NCBI GenBank assembly: GCA_902521955.1
Contig: CABYTP010000005.1
Span: forward strand, 1-53,965
Reading direction: 5' to 3'
Length of the DNA stretch: 53,965 nucleotides
From: an uncultured Candidatus Actinomarina sp.
Lineage (GTDB): Bacteria > Actinomycetota > Acidimicrobiia > Actinomarinales > Actinomarinaceae
Shown: positions 38,984 to 53,553 of the stretch, piece by piece
Position numbering within the stretch: the stretch's first letter is position 1
Layout of the letters: the number at the start of each line of letters is the position of its first letter
Notes under the pieces: generated by a model
The model's input: the letters and a program-made list of their open reading frames with translations, nothing else
What the model was told of the DNA's origin: nothing
Database searches by the model: none
Position numbers and translations under genes: made by a program

Positions 38984-41334
38984 TGAAAATATTAAAATCC
39001 TGGTTAAATGAATGGATTAATTTAGATAACATATCAGATATTGACCTCTCTAATGCTCTTGAATCTTTAGGTTTTGAAATTGAAAATTACACTGAAATTA
39101 ATCCCAACTATGAAAATATTGTTGTAGGAAAAGTTGTAGAACTATATCACCATCCTAATGCAGATAAAGTTAGAGTAACAAAAGTTGATGTAGGAAGTAA
39201 AATTTATGAAATTGTTTGTGGTGCTTGGAATTTTGATATAGGAGCTGTTGTTCCAGTTGCACTTCCTAAAAGTACAATTAAAGATAATTTTTTAATTGAT
39301 GAACGCGATATCAGAGGTATCAAATCAAATGGAATGATTTGTTCAGCGTCTGAATTAGATCTGTGGGAAGATCATGATGGTATTTTATTATTGGATGATA
39401 ATGAAAAAATTGGATCTGATTTTTCTTCAATATATGATTCTAACGATTCAGTATGGGAAATTGGTGTAACTCCAAATAGGGGAGACTGTATGTCTCATCT
39501 TGGAGTTGCTAGAGAGTTATCAAATTATTTTGATTTAAAATTAGCTTCTAATTCAATAAAATTAAAGCCAACAATAAAACCTATATTAAAAATTAATAGC
39601 GGAAAAGGGAACGGGTGTTTATCTTATCAATCAATAGAAATTGAAAATATAACAATTGAAGATTCCAGTCTCAAAATTAAACACAGGCTATCTTCTATAG
39701 GAGTAAGAATTATTAACAACGTTGTTGATTACACTAATTATGTTTTACATGACATTGGACAGCCATTACATGCTTTTGACAGAGATAAACTTTTTGGAAC
39801 TATATCAGTAAGGAATGCTAAAAGTAATGAAGAACTGGTTACTCTTGACAGTCAAAATAGAATACTTGATACATCTGATTTGGTAATAACTGACAACGAC
39901 AAAGCCATTGCACTTGCTGGTGTTATGGGTGGATTCGATAGTGAGGTTACGTCTGATACGAAAAACCTACTTATTGAAAGTGCTTATTTTGATAAAGTTT
40001 CAATAATGAAAACTTCAAGAAAATTAAATCTAATTTCTGATGCTTCAATTAGGTTCGAAAGAGGTATTGATAGAAATATTCAGTCGTTTGGTTTAGAAAG
40101 ATTTATATATTTATTTGGGGATAGTTCTGACATAATTTACTCTGATATTCAAAATGATACAAAAAATTTTGAAACTAATTCAAGTGTTAAATTTGATAAG
40201 AAAAAGATAACTGATATTTTAGGTATAGAGATTGATGATAAATTTATTTCAAAAACACTTTCATCGTTGCAAATTTTACATACATTAACTAAAGACTATA
40301 TAGAATTTTCTTCACCTTCTTGGCGATATGACCTTGAAAGGCCAATTGATATTATTGAAGAACTGGCAAAGCATTATGGTTTTAACAATTTCCCATCAAC
40401 TTTACCAGTGGGAAATAAACTAAATAATGTGGGGAACTATTGGAAAGTAAGAAAATACTTCATCAATAAACTTTCAAATTTAAATTTCCACGAAATACAA
40501 ACACTTTCATTTCTTGATGATTCTCTCAATCAGATATTTACTCCTGAACTTAAAAGTGTGAATGTAATTAATCCAATTGATAAATCTCAAGAAAGTATGA
40601 GAACAAATTTATATTCAACACTAATTAATACTTATATTTTTAATTTAGATAAACACTCATATAGTGGTCAGTATTTTGAAATAAATAATACTTATGACAT
40701 GGCTGCTCATAAAAAATATAAATCTATACCAAATCAAAATTATAAATTAGGTATTTTAATTCCTAAAAAACTAACAAGCACCAACAATACTGAATACACA
40801 GTACAGGACTTAGCTTCAACTTTAAGAAAGATAATACCTAGCGTTGGATTTGAAAAATTACAAAAACCAGGATTTCATAAAAATAATTCATATTTAATTA
40901 CACTTAATGGAAGCCCTATCGGACATATGGGTCAATTATCTTATTCAACTCAGCATGAATTGAATTTAAATAACGAAATTTTTCTTGCTGAAATTAATTT
41001 AGAACCTTTAAAGTTTAGTTCTTTAGTTTCTTACAATTACAACCCGCTTTCTCAGTATCCTTATATAAAATTTGATCTATCGTTTAAAGTTCCTGATGAT
41101 TTAATTTCTCAGAAGTTAATTGATGAAATAGAACTTCTACTAAATGATAATGAAAATCAAATTTCAATATTTGATGATTATACAAATGAGATATCTCGAA
41201 ATTTAGGAATTAGAATAATAACTAGGAGTTATGAAAAAACATATAACGAACAAGAAACAACTGAGATTTTAAATAACGTGGTTAGTAAATTAACTAAGAA
41301 ATTTTTGATAACTTTAAACGAAAAAGGGAATTAA
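38983..41334 (+). CDS. pheT: Phenylalanine--tRNA ligase beta subunit
   Basis: HPNADK, VCGA, SNGMICS, TPNRGDC, GQPLHAFD, RFERG, PSWRYD. Confidence 0.97.
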   Translation: MKILKSWLNEWINLDNISDIDLSNALESLGFEIENYTEINPNYENIVVGKVVELYHHPNADKVRVTKVDVGSKIYEIVCGAWNFDIGAVVPVALPKSTIKDNFLIDERDIRGIKSNGMICSASELDLWEDHDGILLLDDNEKIGSDFSSIYDSNDSVWEIGVTPNRGDCMSHLGVARELSNYFDLKLASNSIKLKPTIKPILKINSGKGNGCLSYQSIEIENITIEDSSLKIKHRLSSIGVRIINNVVDYTNYVLHDIGQPLHAFDRDKLFGTISVRNAKSNEELVTLDSQNRILDTSDLVITDNDKAIALAGVMGGFDSEVTSDTKNLLIESAYFDKVSIMKTSRKLNLISDASIRFERGIDRNIQSFGLERFIYLFGDSSDIIYSDIQNDTKNFETNSSVKFDKKKITDILGIEIDDKFISKTLSSLQILHTLTKDYIEFSSPSWRYDLERPIDIIEELAKHYGFNNFPSTLPVGNKLNNVGNYWKVRKYFINKLSNLNFHEIQTLSFLDDSLNQIFTPELKSVNVINPIDKSQESMRTNLYSTLINTYIFNLDKHSYSGQYFEINNTYDMAAHKKYKSIPNQNYKLGILIPKKLTSTNNTEYTVQDLASTLRKIIPSVGFEKLQKPGFHKNNSYLITLNGSPIGHMGQLSYSTQHELNLNNEIFLAEINLEPLKFSSLVSYNYNPLSQYPYIKFDLSFKVPDDLISQKLIDEIELLLNDNENQISIFDDYTNEISRNLGIRIITRSYEKTYNEQETTEILNNVVSKLTKKFLITLNEKGN

Positions 41335-41907
41335 ATGGAAGGTAGTGGATTAAATAATAGAGTACTTAAAATACTCTCTCAAAGTTCTAATAAAGCTGCA
41401 GTAGATCTCTTAGGTATGCGTATTTCTACAAACATCAAGGATAAATTTGTTGAAATTATGATTACTGAAACTGAGGCTTACGGCAGAAAAACAACAGACA
41501 AAATGTCGTTATTTAATACTTACAAAAACATCCCTACTTCATTAACCCTTGGTCCACCATTTATTTCGGTTTTAAAATCATACGGATCAAATAGAAGTAT
41601 GTTTCTTCTATCTGGTAAAAAAGGATACGGTGAGGCTGTTTTGATTCGTTCCGGAATAATACTTATAGGTAAAAAACATGTTGAATCAAGACGGAAAGTT
41701 AAAATGAAAAATGATAAATTAAGTGGCCCGGGGAACATAACTAAAGGTCTTGCTATATCAGATGTTAACGATGGAATTAATATAATTTCTGGCCCTGTCG
41801 ACATATCGCCTCGCATTCATCCTGTTGATCAAGCTATTGCAAAGCAACGAAAAAATGCAAAAAGAAATGATAAGAATTTGTGGAGATTTACTTTAATTCT
41901 AAAATGA
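41335..41907 (+). CDS. mpg: 3-methyladenine DNA glycosylase (Mpg/AAG family), divergent
   Basis: ITETEAY, YG, AVLIR, GPG...L.I, WRF; synteny before tyrS. Confidence 0.8.
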   Translation: MEGSGLNNRVLKILSQSSNKAAVDLLGMRISTNIKDKFVEIMITETEAYGRKTTDKMSLFNTYKNIPTSLTLGPPFISVLKSYGSNRSMFLLSGKKGYGEAVLIRSGIILIGKKHVESRRKVKMKNDKLSGPGNITKGLAISDVNDGINIISGPVDISPRIHPVDQAIAKQRKNAKRNDKNLWRFTLILK

Positions 41908-43085
41908 AATATTTAATTAACCGAGCTAGTGCAATATCTCCAAAAGATGATTTAGATGATTTAATTAAATCAAAAAAAAAGTTACGTATAAAACTTGGGA
42001 TTGACCCAACGGCACCCGATGTAACATTAGGATGGTATGCAATACTGCGATCACTCAGAAAATTTCAAGAATTAGGACATACTGCTGTTTTAATTCTTGG
42101 CGAGTTTACAGCACAAGTTGGTGATCCTTCAGGTAAGTCAGAAACTAGAACTAAATTGAATGAAGACGATGTTGATAAAAACTCTGAAGGTGTTTTACCT
42201 ATTATTAAAAATATTCTTTTAGATTCAAATATTGAAATTGTTTCTAATAAAGACTGGTTAGCAAAATTATCAACTTCTGAATTAGTTAATTTATCTTCAT
42301 CAACAACTCTTGCTCAGATGCTTGAACGTGATGATTTTTCAAAACGTTACAAAGATGGAAATCCAATATCATTAACGGAATTCTTTTATCCGTTATTCCA
42401 AGGATATGATTCTGTTGCGGTAAAAGCAGATATTGAAATTGGAGGACACGATCAATTGTGGAACCTTATGCTAGGCAGGGAAGTTCAGAAATTTTATGGT
42501 ATGCAACCTCAGATTGCAATGACTTTTCCTTTGTTGGTTGGTACTGATGGTAAGAAAAAAATGTCTCAATCTTTAAACAATTATATTTCAGTTACTGATA
42601 CTCCAGAAAATATTTATGGAAAAATTATGAGTATTCCTGATGATTTAATGTGGGATTATTTTTTGATGCTTACAGATTATGAACCAAATCAAATACAGGA
42701 ATTTAAATCTAATATTGAAGATGGTTCTGAAAATCCATTTCAAATAAAAAAATTGCTAGGTGAGTTGATAGTAACTGAACTTTATAACGAAAAAATAGCT
42801 AATCAAGCATCGCTGTCTTTTAAAACTATAACCATTGATAAAGATATCCCGGATGATATTCCTAACTACACTGTATCTCATGCTGGTTTAGTACATTTAC
42901 CTAAACTATTAACTGAATTAGGAATTACTAAATCAAATTCAGATGCTAGAAGACTTATTACATCAGGCAGTTTTAAAATAGAAGGCGAAAAATATTTAAC
43001 TTTAGATGCTGAGTTCAATGATATTAATGATAAAAATCTTCAACTTGGTAAAAGAAAATATTTTTCAATAAATAAAAATAAATAA
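41904..43085 (+). CDS. tyrS: Tyrosine--tRNA ligase
   Basis: KLGIDPTAPD, GDPSGKS, ERDDF, YPLFQGYDS, GG.DQ.WN, C-terminal S4 domain; start ATG 41904 (ATGA overlap). Confidence 0.97.
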   Translation: MKYLINRASAISPKDDLDDLIKSKKKLRIKLGIDPTAPDVTLGWYAILRSLRKFQELGHTAVLILGEFTAQVGDPSGKSETRTKLNEDDVDKNSEGVLPIIKNILLDSNIEIVSNKDWLAKLSTSELVNLSSSTTLAQMLERDDFSKRYKDGNPISLTEFFYPLFQGYDSVAVKADIEIGGHDQLWNLMLGREVQKFYGMQPQIAMTFPLLVGTDGKKKMSQSLNNYISVTDTPENIYGKIMSIPDDLMWDYFLMLTDYEPNQIQEFKSNIEDGSENPFQIKKLLGELIVTELYNEKIANQASLSFKTITIDKDIPDDIPNYTVSHAGLVHLPKLLTELGITKSNSDARRLITSGSFKIEGEKYLTLDAEFNDINDKNLQLGKRKYFSINKNK

Positions 43086-43109
43086 CCACCTTAATCAAGA
43101 GTGTGTTAG

Positions 43110-43118
43110 TGTTAGTAT
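43110..43118 (+). promoter_or_regulatory. Candidate rrn promoter, extended -10
   Basis: TGtTAGTAT shortly after the tyrS stop and before the leader. Confidence 0.45.
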
Positions 43119-43127
43119 TACGAAAAA

Positions 43128-43157
43128 AATTGGCTTTTTGACAACTGAGTAAAGTAT
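43128..43157 (+). promoter_or_regulatory. rrn leader boxA-like element and 5' arm of the 16S processing stem
   Basis: AATTGGCTTTTTGA is repeated in the ITS (about 44902-44915); TTGGCTTTTTGACAACTGAGTAAAGTAT pairs with ITS ATACTTTTACTCAGCTGTGAAAAAGTCAA (about 44875-44903). Confidence 0.7.
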
Positions 43158-43293
43158 GAACGCCGGTAGTGCAGATAGAAATATCTAGCACTCTTTTTTT
43201 GTCAACTTTTTATTAAGTTGATTCAACTTTTTTAAGTTGAAATGGGTAAAACCCATGTTGATTCTTTGGTCAGATTTAAATTATTCAAAGATT

Positions 43294-44821
<1,528 letters not shown>

Positions 44822-44953
44822 AAGGAGCATAGAACTTCGGTTCTAAGGTCAATCGTCGGTTGTCTACAAGACTGATACTTTACTCAGCTGTGAAAAAGTC
44901 AAATTGGCTTTTTGAAAATTGTATAGCAAGCGCAATTGCAAAGTATTCATATA

Positions 44954-48014
<3,061 letters not shown>

Positions 48015-48063
48015 TGAATACTAAGCTTTTCGCGCTTGCTATAGAATTTTTAAGAAGTAGATT

Positions 48064-48178
<115 letters not shown>

Positions 48179-48186
48179 CTTTTAAT

Positions 48187-48221
48187 GAAGAGCCCCTAGG
48201 AAACTAGGGGTTTTTCTGTTT
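48187..48221 (+). terminator. rrn operon intrinsic terminator
   Basis: GAAGAGCCCCTAG-GAAA-CTAGGGGTTTTTC hairpin with T-tract after 5S. Confidence 0.9.
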
Positions 48222-48237
48222 ATAATTATTTAAATAC

Positions 48238-48651
48238 ATGCAAAACTATAGAACAATTCTTACTTTTTTTATTTCAAGCTTATTAGTCGTGATGGGTTTA
48301 ACTAGTATTTATGCTGCATTTTTTCCTAATATTAATTTTTTAATATTCGAAGAGTCTTATCTTCAGTTCCTTTCACTTACAGATACAGGTGGTAATGGTA
48401 AATTAAACTTATTAACTTATCCTCTTTCTCTGTATTTAATCTGTGCTGCTACTTGTTTCCAGTATTTAAGAACACGTCAAATAGTCTATCTTGATTTTCT
48501 AATCTTAATCTGGTCAGTTGTTCTATTTTCAAGAATTGTCTCAATATTTTTAAGAGGTGGCGTAGATGTTGATATTTATTTTTTTGTAGGAATATTACCG
48601 GAGTTTATAATTGCACCTTTTCTTCTTTTCATAAAAGGTAAAATCTCTTAA
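48238..48651 (+). CDS. Hypothetical membrane protein (about four TM helices)
   Basis: Four hydrophobic segments; TATAAT at 48221-48226 upstream. Confidence 0.75.
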   Translation: MQNYRTILTFFISSLLVVMGLTSIYAAFFPNINFLIFEESYLQFLSLTDTGGNGKLNLLTYPLSLYLICAATCFQYLRTRQIVYLDFLILIWSVVLFSRIVSIFLRGGVDVDIYFFVGILPEFIIAPFLLFIKGKIS

Positions 48652-49562
48652 TCAATATGTAAATATTTTTTTATTCCTTGAATTTGCATTTTAAAATTAC
48701 CGTTATTTATATAATTATTAATAGTTTCTTCATCAACACCAAGAATGCGATAATTCTCACTTAGCCAAATTTTCAATGATTCAGTAGCTTCATTTATTGA
48801 TAAGTTTGGTAATTTAGTTACAAAGTCTATCCAAAGCTCTATATTTTCTTTAGCATTCATTATTAATTGATACGGATTTTTATGAATTCCAAAATGTGCA
48901 AGTGCTACATATTTAAGATCTAGGGTGTATAACTCATCTAAAGTGTTGAATAGAACCTCCTTATTAAAATCTGGTGGTGGAAGGTTTGGTTGAACAAAAT
49001 TACCATGTGGATAAATCAATCCTAAAGTATCTCCCATAAATAGGGTTTTAGAATATTCATCATAAAATGTATAATGATGCTTTGCGTGACCTGGTCCGTA
49101 TATAGCTTCTAATTTTCTTCCATTTCCAAGATCAATTAATTCTTTATCTTTAAGGGAACGTAGATTATTTATTGGGGTTGGTTTAATTTCACCCCAATTA
49201 GTTGATAGCCATTCCTCTGTATAAACTTCAGATACGGCTTTCCATAATTTTTCAGGATTTGGAAGATGTTTTAAGCCTAGCTCATGAATATAAACAAAAT
49301 GTTCTTTATATTTTTCAACTAAGTGTCCTATTCCTCCAATATGATCTAAATGTAAATGAGTCATTGCAGATCTTTTTACTTCATTAATTCCCAATGATTC
49401 AAGGCTCGATATAAGGTAGGGAAATGAGTTTGAAGGTCCTACTTCTATTAATATTGGGTTTGTTGAGTCGATATAATAACAAGACATACGTCCAGGTTTA
49501 TTTTCCATAAACACATCAATTTGATAAATATTTTCATCATACTTAAAAATGTCCTGTTTCAT
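48648..49562 (-). CDS. MBL-fold metallo-hydrolase
   Basis: THLHLDHIGG, PGHAKHH, FMGD..G, PPPDF, AHFG. Confidence 0.93.
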   Translation of the reverse strand: MKQDIFKYDENIYQIDVFMENKPGRMSCYYIDSTNPILIEVGPSNSFPYLISSLESLGINEVKRSAMTHLHLDHIGGIGHLVEKYKEHFVYIHELGLKHLPNPEKLWKAVSEVYTEEWLSTNWGEIKPTPINNLRSLKDKELIDLGNGRKLEAIYGPGHAKHHYTFYDEYSKTLFMGDTLGLIYPHGNFVQPNLPPPDFNKEVLFNTLDELYTLDLKYVALAHFGIHKNPYQLIMNAKENIELWIDFVTKLPNLSINEATESLKIWLSENYRILGVDEETINNYINNGNFKMQIQGIKKYLHID

Positions 49563-49605
49563 ATATATATTTTTGCATATAAAAGTTATAAACTACACTG
49601 TTTAA

Positions 49606-51030
49606 ATGAAAGTTTCTTTATCAAGTACTGCAGAATATAGTTCTAAAGCAGCAGAATCAATTAAAGATTTAAAACCAAATGCTGCCGATATATTGATAAC
49701 AAGTATTGTAACCTCTATGGTTACAGATTTAGGTGTTGTTGCACCAACATCTTCAGGTCTTTTAACCTTTTATGATGGGAAGACTAATCAATCACATACA
49801 GTGGATGGATATTTTGTATCTCCTAAAAATTTCAAAGGTAATGACCACGAAGAGCATAGGGTAGTGTTGACGTATGGTGGGTATGTAGAAACTTGTAAAG
49901 GAGCTAACACATTCGCAATCCCAGGTATTTATAAAATATTAGATTTTTTATATAAGAATTATGCATCACTTCCTTTAAGCAAACTATTGGAATTTCCAAT
50001 CAACATTGCAAAGAGAGGATTTAAATTAACTCAACCAACAAAAGACTACTTTCAGCATGCATTGAAACCAATGTTTATGTGGCACGATTATTCAAAAATG
50101 ATTTTAGAAAATATATCACAGGATTTAGAAAATGGGGTTGTTAAGTTAAATAAATTAAGTGACTCTCTAGAGCACTTATCGAATGAGGGTTTTAATGATT
50201 TTTATATTGGAGATATTTCAAAAGAAATTCTTAAAACAATTGTAAATGAAGGTGGACATGCAACTTCAGAAGATTTTGGTAATTATAAATTAATTGAGGA
50301 CAATAAATTTAATTTTAAATACAAAAATTTAATGCTTACAGGACATTCCGGCCCCTCCATTGGAGGATTGATGGTTTTAAAATATATTGATGAATTAAGT
50401 ACGGGTAATAATATCGAAGCATTGATTGATGTATATAAAAACAGAAAAGATAAGTATGAATTTTTTGGTGATAGACAATCTTTAATAAACCAAGAAATTA
50501 TAAATTTAACTAAATCATCATCTACTATTCAAGTTAATACTTCAGATGATATGAACAATCATTTTTCTATAACATTTTCTAGTGGATATGGATCAGGTGT
50601 TCTGTGTCAAAATACTGGTATGTATTTTAATAATTCACTTGGTGAAATTGAACTTAATCCTCAAGGCTTTTTGGGTGACACAAAAGGAGATAGACTAATA
50701 TCAAATATGAGTCCGTTAATTATTCAATCTAAAAATGGTATTACAACTATAGGATCTCCAGGTGCAGATAGGATAAGTTCAGCTATTGCTCAAGTATTGT
50801 TAAATTATTCAAAAAACAATAACTGGCGTCAAGCAATAGATGAGCCAAGATTTCATGTGAATGGTGATGGTTCGGTTAGAGCAGAACCTGGTTCAATAGA
50901 AGCATATAAAGACATAACTATAACTGATAAATACGATATGTATTTTGGTGGAGTTTGTGTTTCAGGATTGAATAAAGATGTTTTTTCATTTGGTGACAAA
51001 CGAAGAGGTGATACAAGTTGGATAAGCTAA
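49606..51030 (+). CDS. ggt: Gamma-glutamyltransferase family protein (no signal peptide)
   Basis: AIPG, P.I.IA..GF, FY.G.I, ST.Q autocleavage region, GYGSG....TG...NN, SNMSP, GSPG. Confidence 0.85.
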   Translation: MKVSLSSTAEYSSKAAESIKDLKPNAADILITSIVTSMVTDLGVVAPTSSGLLTFYDGKTNQSHTVDGYFVSPKNFKGNDHEEHRVVLTYGGYVETCKGANTFAIPGIYKILDFLYKNYASLPLSKLLEFPINIAKRGFKLTQPTKDYFQHALKPMFMWHDYSKMILENISQDLENGVVKLNKLSDSLEHLSNEGFNDFYIGDISKEILKTIVNEGGHATSEDFGNYKLIEDNKFNFKYKNLMLTGHSGPSIGGLMVLKYIDELSTGNNIEALIDVYKNRKDKYEFFGDRQSLINQEIINLTKSSSTIQVNTSDDMNNHFSITFSSGYGSGVLCQNTGMYFNNSLGEIELNPQGFLGDTKGDRLISNMSPLIIQSKNGITTIGSPGADRISSAIAQVLLNYSKNNNWRQAIDEPRFHVNGDGSVRAEPGSIEAYKDITITDKYDMYFGGVCVSGLNKDVFSFGDKRRGDTSWIS

Positions 51031-51686
51031 GAAAATTACCTTTTAAAGTACTGTTTTATCTTGGATTTCTTATTGTCTTAATTTTTCTAGGATTATCCTA
51101 CTGGCAGCTGACGAGTCATTATGATGATACAAATAATTTAGAAAAACTTACTAAATATGAAAATATATTAGAAGTATCTATAACAGATGTTAATAGCCTG
51201 TCTGAATATCAGTATATTAAATTTCATGAAGATATTTCCTTATTACATACATGGCTTTTAAGATCTAGGGTGCATAATGGACAAAATGGATATAACAGAA
51301 TAGACCTTATCTCTGATAGTTATAGCAATTATATGGTTGTTAACAGGGGATGGGTTCCACTTGATTTTGATTTAGATTCAATTGATAAATATGAAAAATC
51401 TAAATATATTGGAAAATTAATGAGTTATAACACCCAGACTATTGGACAGGATGATGTTCCCCAATCTGATTATTTATTTAGAATTGATAAGTCATTTATA
51501 GAAAATGATAAGAATATAGCTTTACAGAAATATTACTTAACACTGACAGAAGAATGTGGAATCAACATTGAGTGCATCAACCTTACGGAACCATATGATG
51601 CCCCACATTTAAGTTACGCTTTTCAATGGTTATTTTTTGCAATATGTTTAACTATTGTTATATTAAGAAAAAATAAGCTCATATGA
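51018..51686 (+). CDS. SURF1 family protein
   Basis: TM followed by L.YWQL, VNRGWVP, HLSYAFQW. Confidence 0.92.
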   Translation: MDKLRKLPFKVLFYLGFLIVLIFLGLSYWQLTSHYDDTNNLEKLTKYENILEVSITDVNSLSEYQYIKFHEDISLLHTWLLRSRVHNGQNGYNRIDLISDSYSNYMVVNRGWVPLDFDLDSIDKYEKSKYIGKLMSYNTQTIGQDDVPQSDYLFRIDKSFIENDKNIALQKYYLTLTEECGINIECINLTEPYDAPHLSYAFQWLFFAICLTIVILRKNKLI

Positions 51687-52570
51687 TAAATAAATTACAA
51701 TTAGATGATTTTGAATTGTCATACTCAACCGAGGGAGAGGGGAGGGATGTATTATTTCTCCATGGTTTCCCTTCTAATATGTATTTCTGGAATGATATAA
51801 AAAACCAACTAAAAGATAAATTAAGGGTTACAGTTGTTGAACAAAGAGGTTACCCTCTGTCGTCAATTGAAGATTCTATAGTAAGTGACTTTAATATTGA
51901 AAACTTATCATTAGATATTGAGAAGTTAATAAACAAGCTACAGCTAACTAATGATCTTATAATTGTTGGACATGACTGGGGATCTATTGTTGCATGGGCA
52001 GTAGCTAGTAGGGGAAATGTAAAAATTAAAAAACTAGTATTAATTTGCGGTGGTACAGAGTTTCCATCAACAAGTGTTTATGATAATTTAGTTTTTGATA
52101 AAGGTGAGCATTATATAAGTTCCTTTCAAAATCCTGAGCAAGCAAATGAATTACTTTCACAAAATCTAGATTTATTCTTTAGATCTGCATATAGAGTTAC
52201 ACCAAAGATTAACTATGATTTGTTAGATTTATCGTTAAAAAATTTATTTACTACGCATAACGATGATAACAAAATTCATAATATTGATATTAAATCTTTG
52301 GTTAACCATTTTTATAGCGGGTTAAAACAATCTATATCATGGTATTCGAACATAGATTTTAACTTAGAGCTCTCAAATCAATGGAGAAGAGACTTAGACA
52401 TTGAAGTTACATTTCTGTTTGGTAAAAATGATGCTGCAGTAAAGTTAAACGAAAAGATGATTAAAAGATTAAAATTATCAGGAACAAATGTAGCTGTTAA
52501 AGAGGTTAATAATGCAGATCATTGGCTACCATTAACACACAAGGAGAGTGTAATTAGTGAAATTATCTAA
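51683..52570 (+). CDS. Alpha/beta hydrolase, epoxide hydrolase-like
   Basis: HGFP, RGY..S, GHDWG nucleophile, lid tyrosines (HYI, WY), C-terminal His (DHWL). Confidence 0.9.
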   Translation: MINKLQLDDFELSYSTEGEGRDVLFLHGFPSNMYFWNDIKNQLKDKLRVTVVEQRGYPLSSIEDSIVSDFNIENLSLDIEKLINKLQLTNDLIIVGHDWGSIVAWAVASRGNVKIKKLVLICGGTEFPSTSVYDNLVFDKGEHYISSFQNPEQANELLSQNLDLFFRSAYRVTPKINYDLLDLSLKNLFTTHNDDNKIHNIDIKSLVNHFYSGLKQSISWYSNIDFNLELSNQWRRDLDIEVTFLFGKNDAAVKLNEKMIKRLKLSGTNVAVKEVNNADHWLPLTHKESVISEII

Positions 52571-52608
52571 TCTTCATGTTTGTCCTATAATATATATTAT
52601 GTTGCGTT

Positions 52609-53553
52609 ATGAATAAAACAATATTACATGATCATTTAGATGGTGGTTTAAGGCCCTCTACTGCATTAGAACTAGCAAAACAGATACACTACACCCCATT
52701 ACTTGAGACAGATGATGTATCAACATTTTTTGATAGATCTGATTCATCTTCACTAGATCATTATCTTGAAGCTTTTACTCACACAATAGCTTTAATGCAA
52801 ACTGGAGCTAATCTTGAAAGAATAGCATACGAAGCAGCTGAAGACATGCATAACAATGGTATAAACATGTATGAATCTCGATACGCTCCTTTTTATTCAG
52901 TAAATGAGACTCTATCCCCTGCAAAAGTTATAGATTCTATTAATTCAGGTTTTAAAAAAGCCGAAAATGATTTTGGAATTAAATCGGGACTCATTCTTTG
53001 TGGTATGCGTCATGATTTTGATAATGTAGGCCAAGTAGCTGAATTAGCAATTGAAACTAAAGATAAAATTATAGGATTTGATATCGCAGGGCCTGAGTTG
53101 AACTTTATGCCTTCATTGTTTGAAACATCTTTCATGAAAATAAAAGAAGCTGGAATAAATATTACTATTCATGCTGGAGAAGGTGATGGTGTTCATTCAA
53201 TTAAGGACGCGCTTTCTAATGGTGCACAAAGAATTGGACATGGTGTAAGAATAATTGAAGACATAAATTTAGAAACAGGAGAATTGGGAGATACAAGCAA
53301 GGAATTAATAGATAAACAAATACCGTTAGAAGTATGTATTACATCAAATATTCATACAAATATGTATAAGAGTGTGGAAGATCATCCTATAAAGAATTTA
53401 ATTGATTCTGGATTTAATATCTCTTTAAATACAGACAACAGATTAATGAGTAACACAAACGTTAATAAAGAAATTCAAATTGCAGAAAGTTTAGGGATAG
53501 CAAATGTAGAACAGTTGCTTGTTAATTCAACTAGCTATAGCTTCCTTGACTGA
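52609..53553 (+). CDS. add: Adenosine deaminase
   Basis: LHDHLDGG, GFDIAGPE, HAGE, RIGHG, EVC..SN, NTDN. Confidence 0.95.
   Translation: MNKTILHDHLDGGLRPSTALELAKQIHYTPLLETDDVSTFFDRSDSSSLDHYLEAFTHTIALMQTGANLERIAYEAAEDMHNNGINMYESRYAPFYSVNETLSPAKVIDSINSGFKKAENDFGIKSGLILCGMRHDFDNVGQVAELAIETKDKIIGFDIAGPELNFMPSLFETSFMKIKEAGINITIHAGEGDGVHSIKDALSNGAQRIGHGVRIIEDINLETGELGDTSKELIDKQIPLEVCITSNIHTNMYKSVEDHPIKNLIDSGFNISLNTDNRLMSNTNVNKEIQIAESLGIANVEQLLVNSTSYSFLD

Noticed and set aside
44822-44953. tRNA in the 16S-23S spacer
   Set aside because: Short spacer with no cloverleaf; explained by processing stems and the boxA-like repeat
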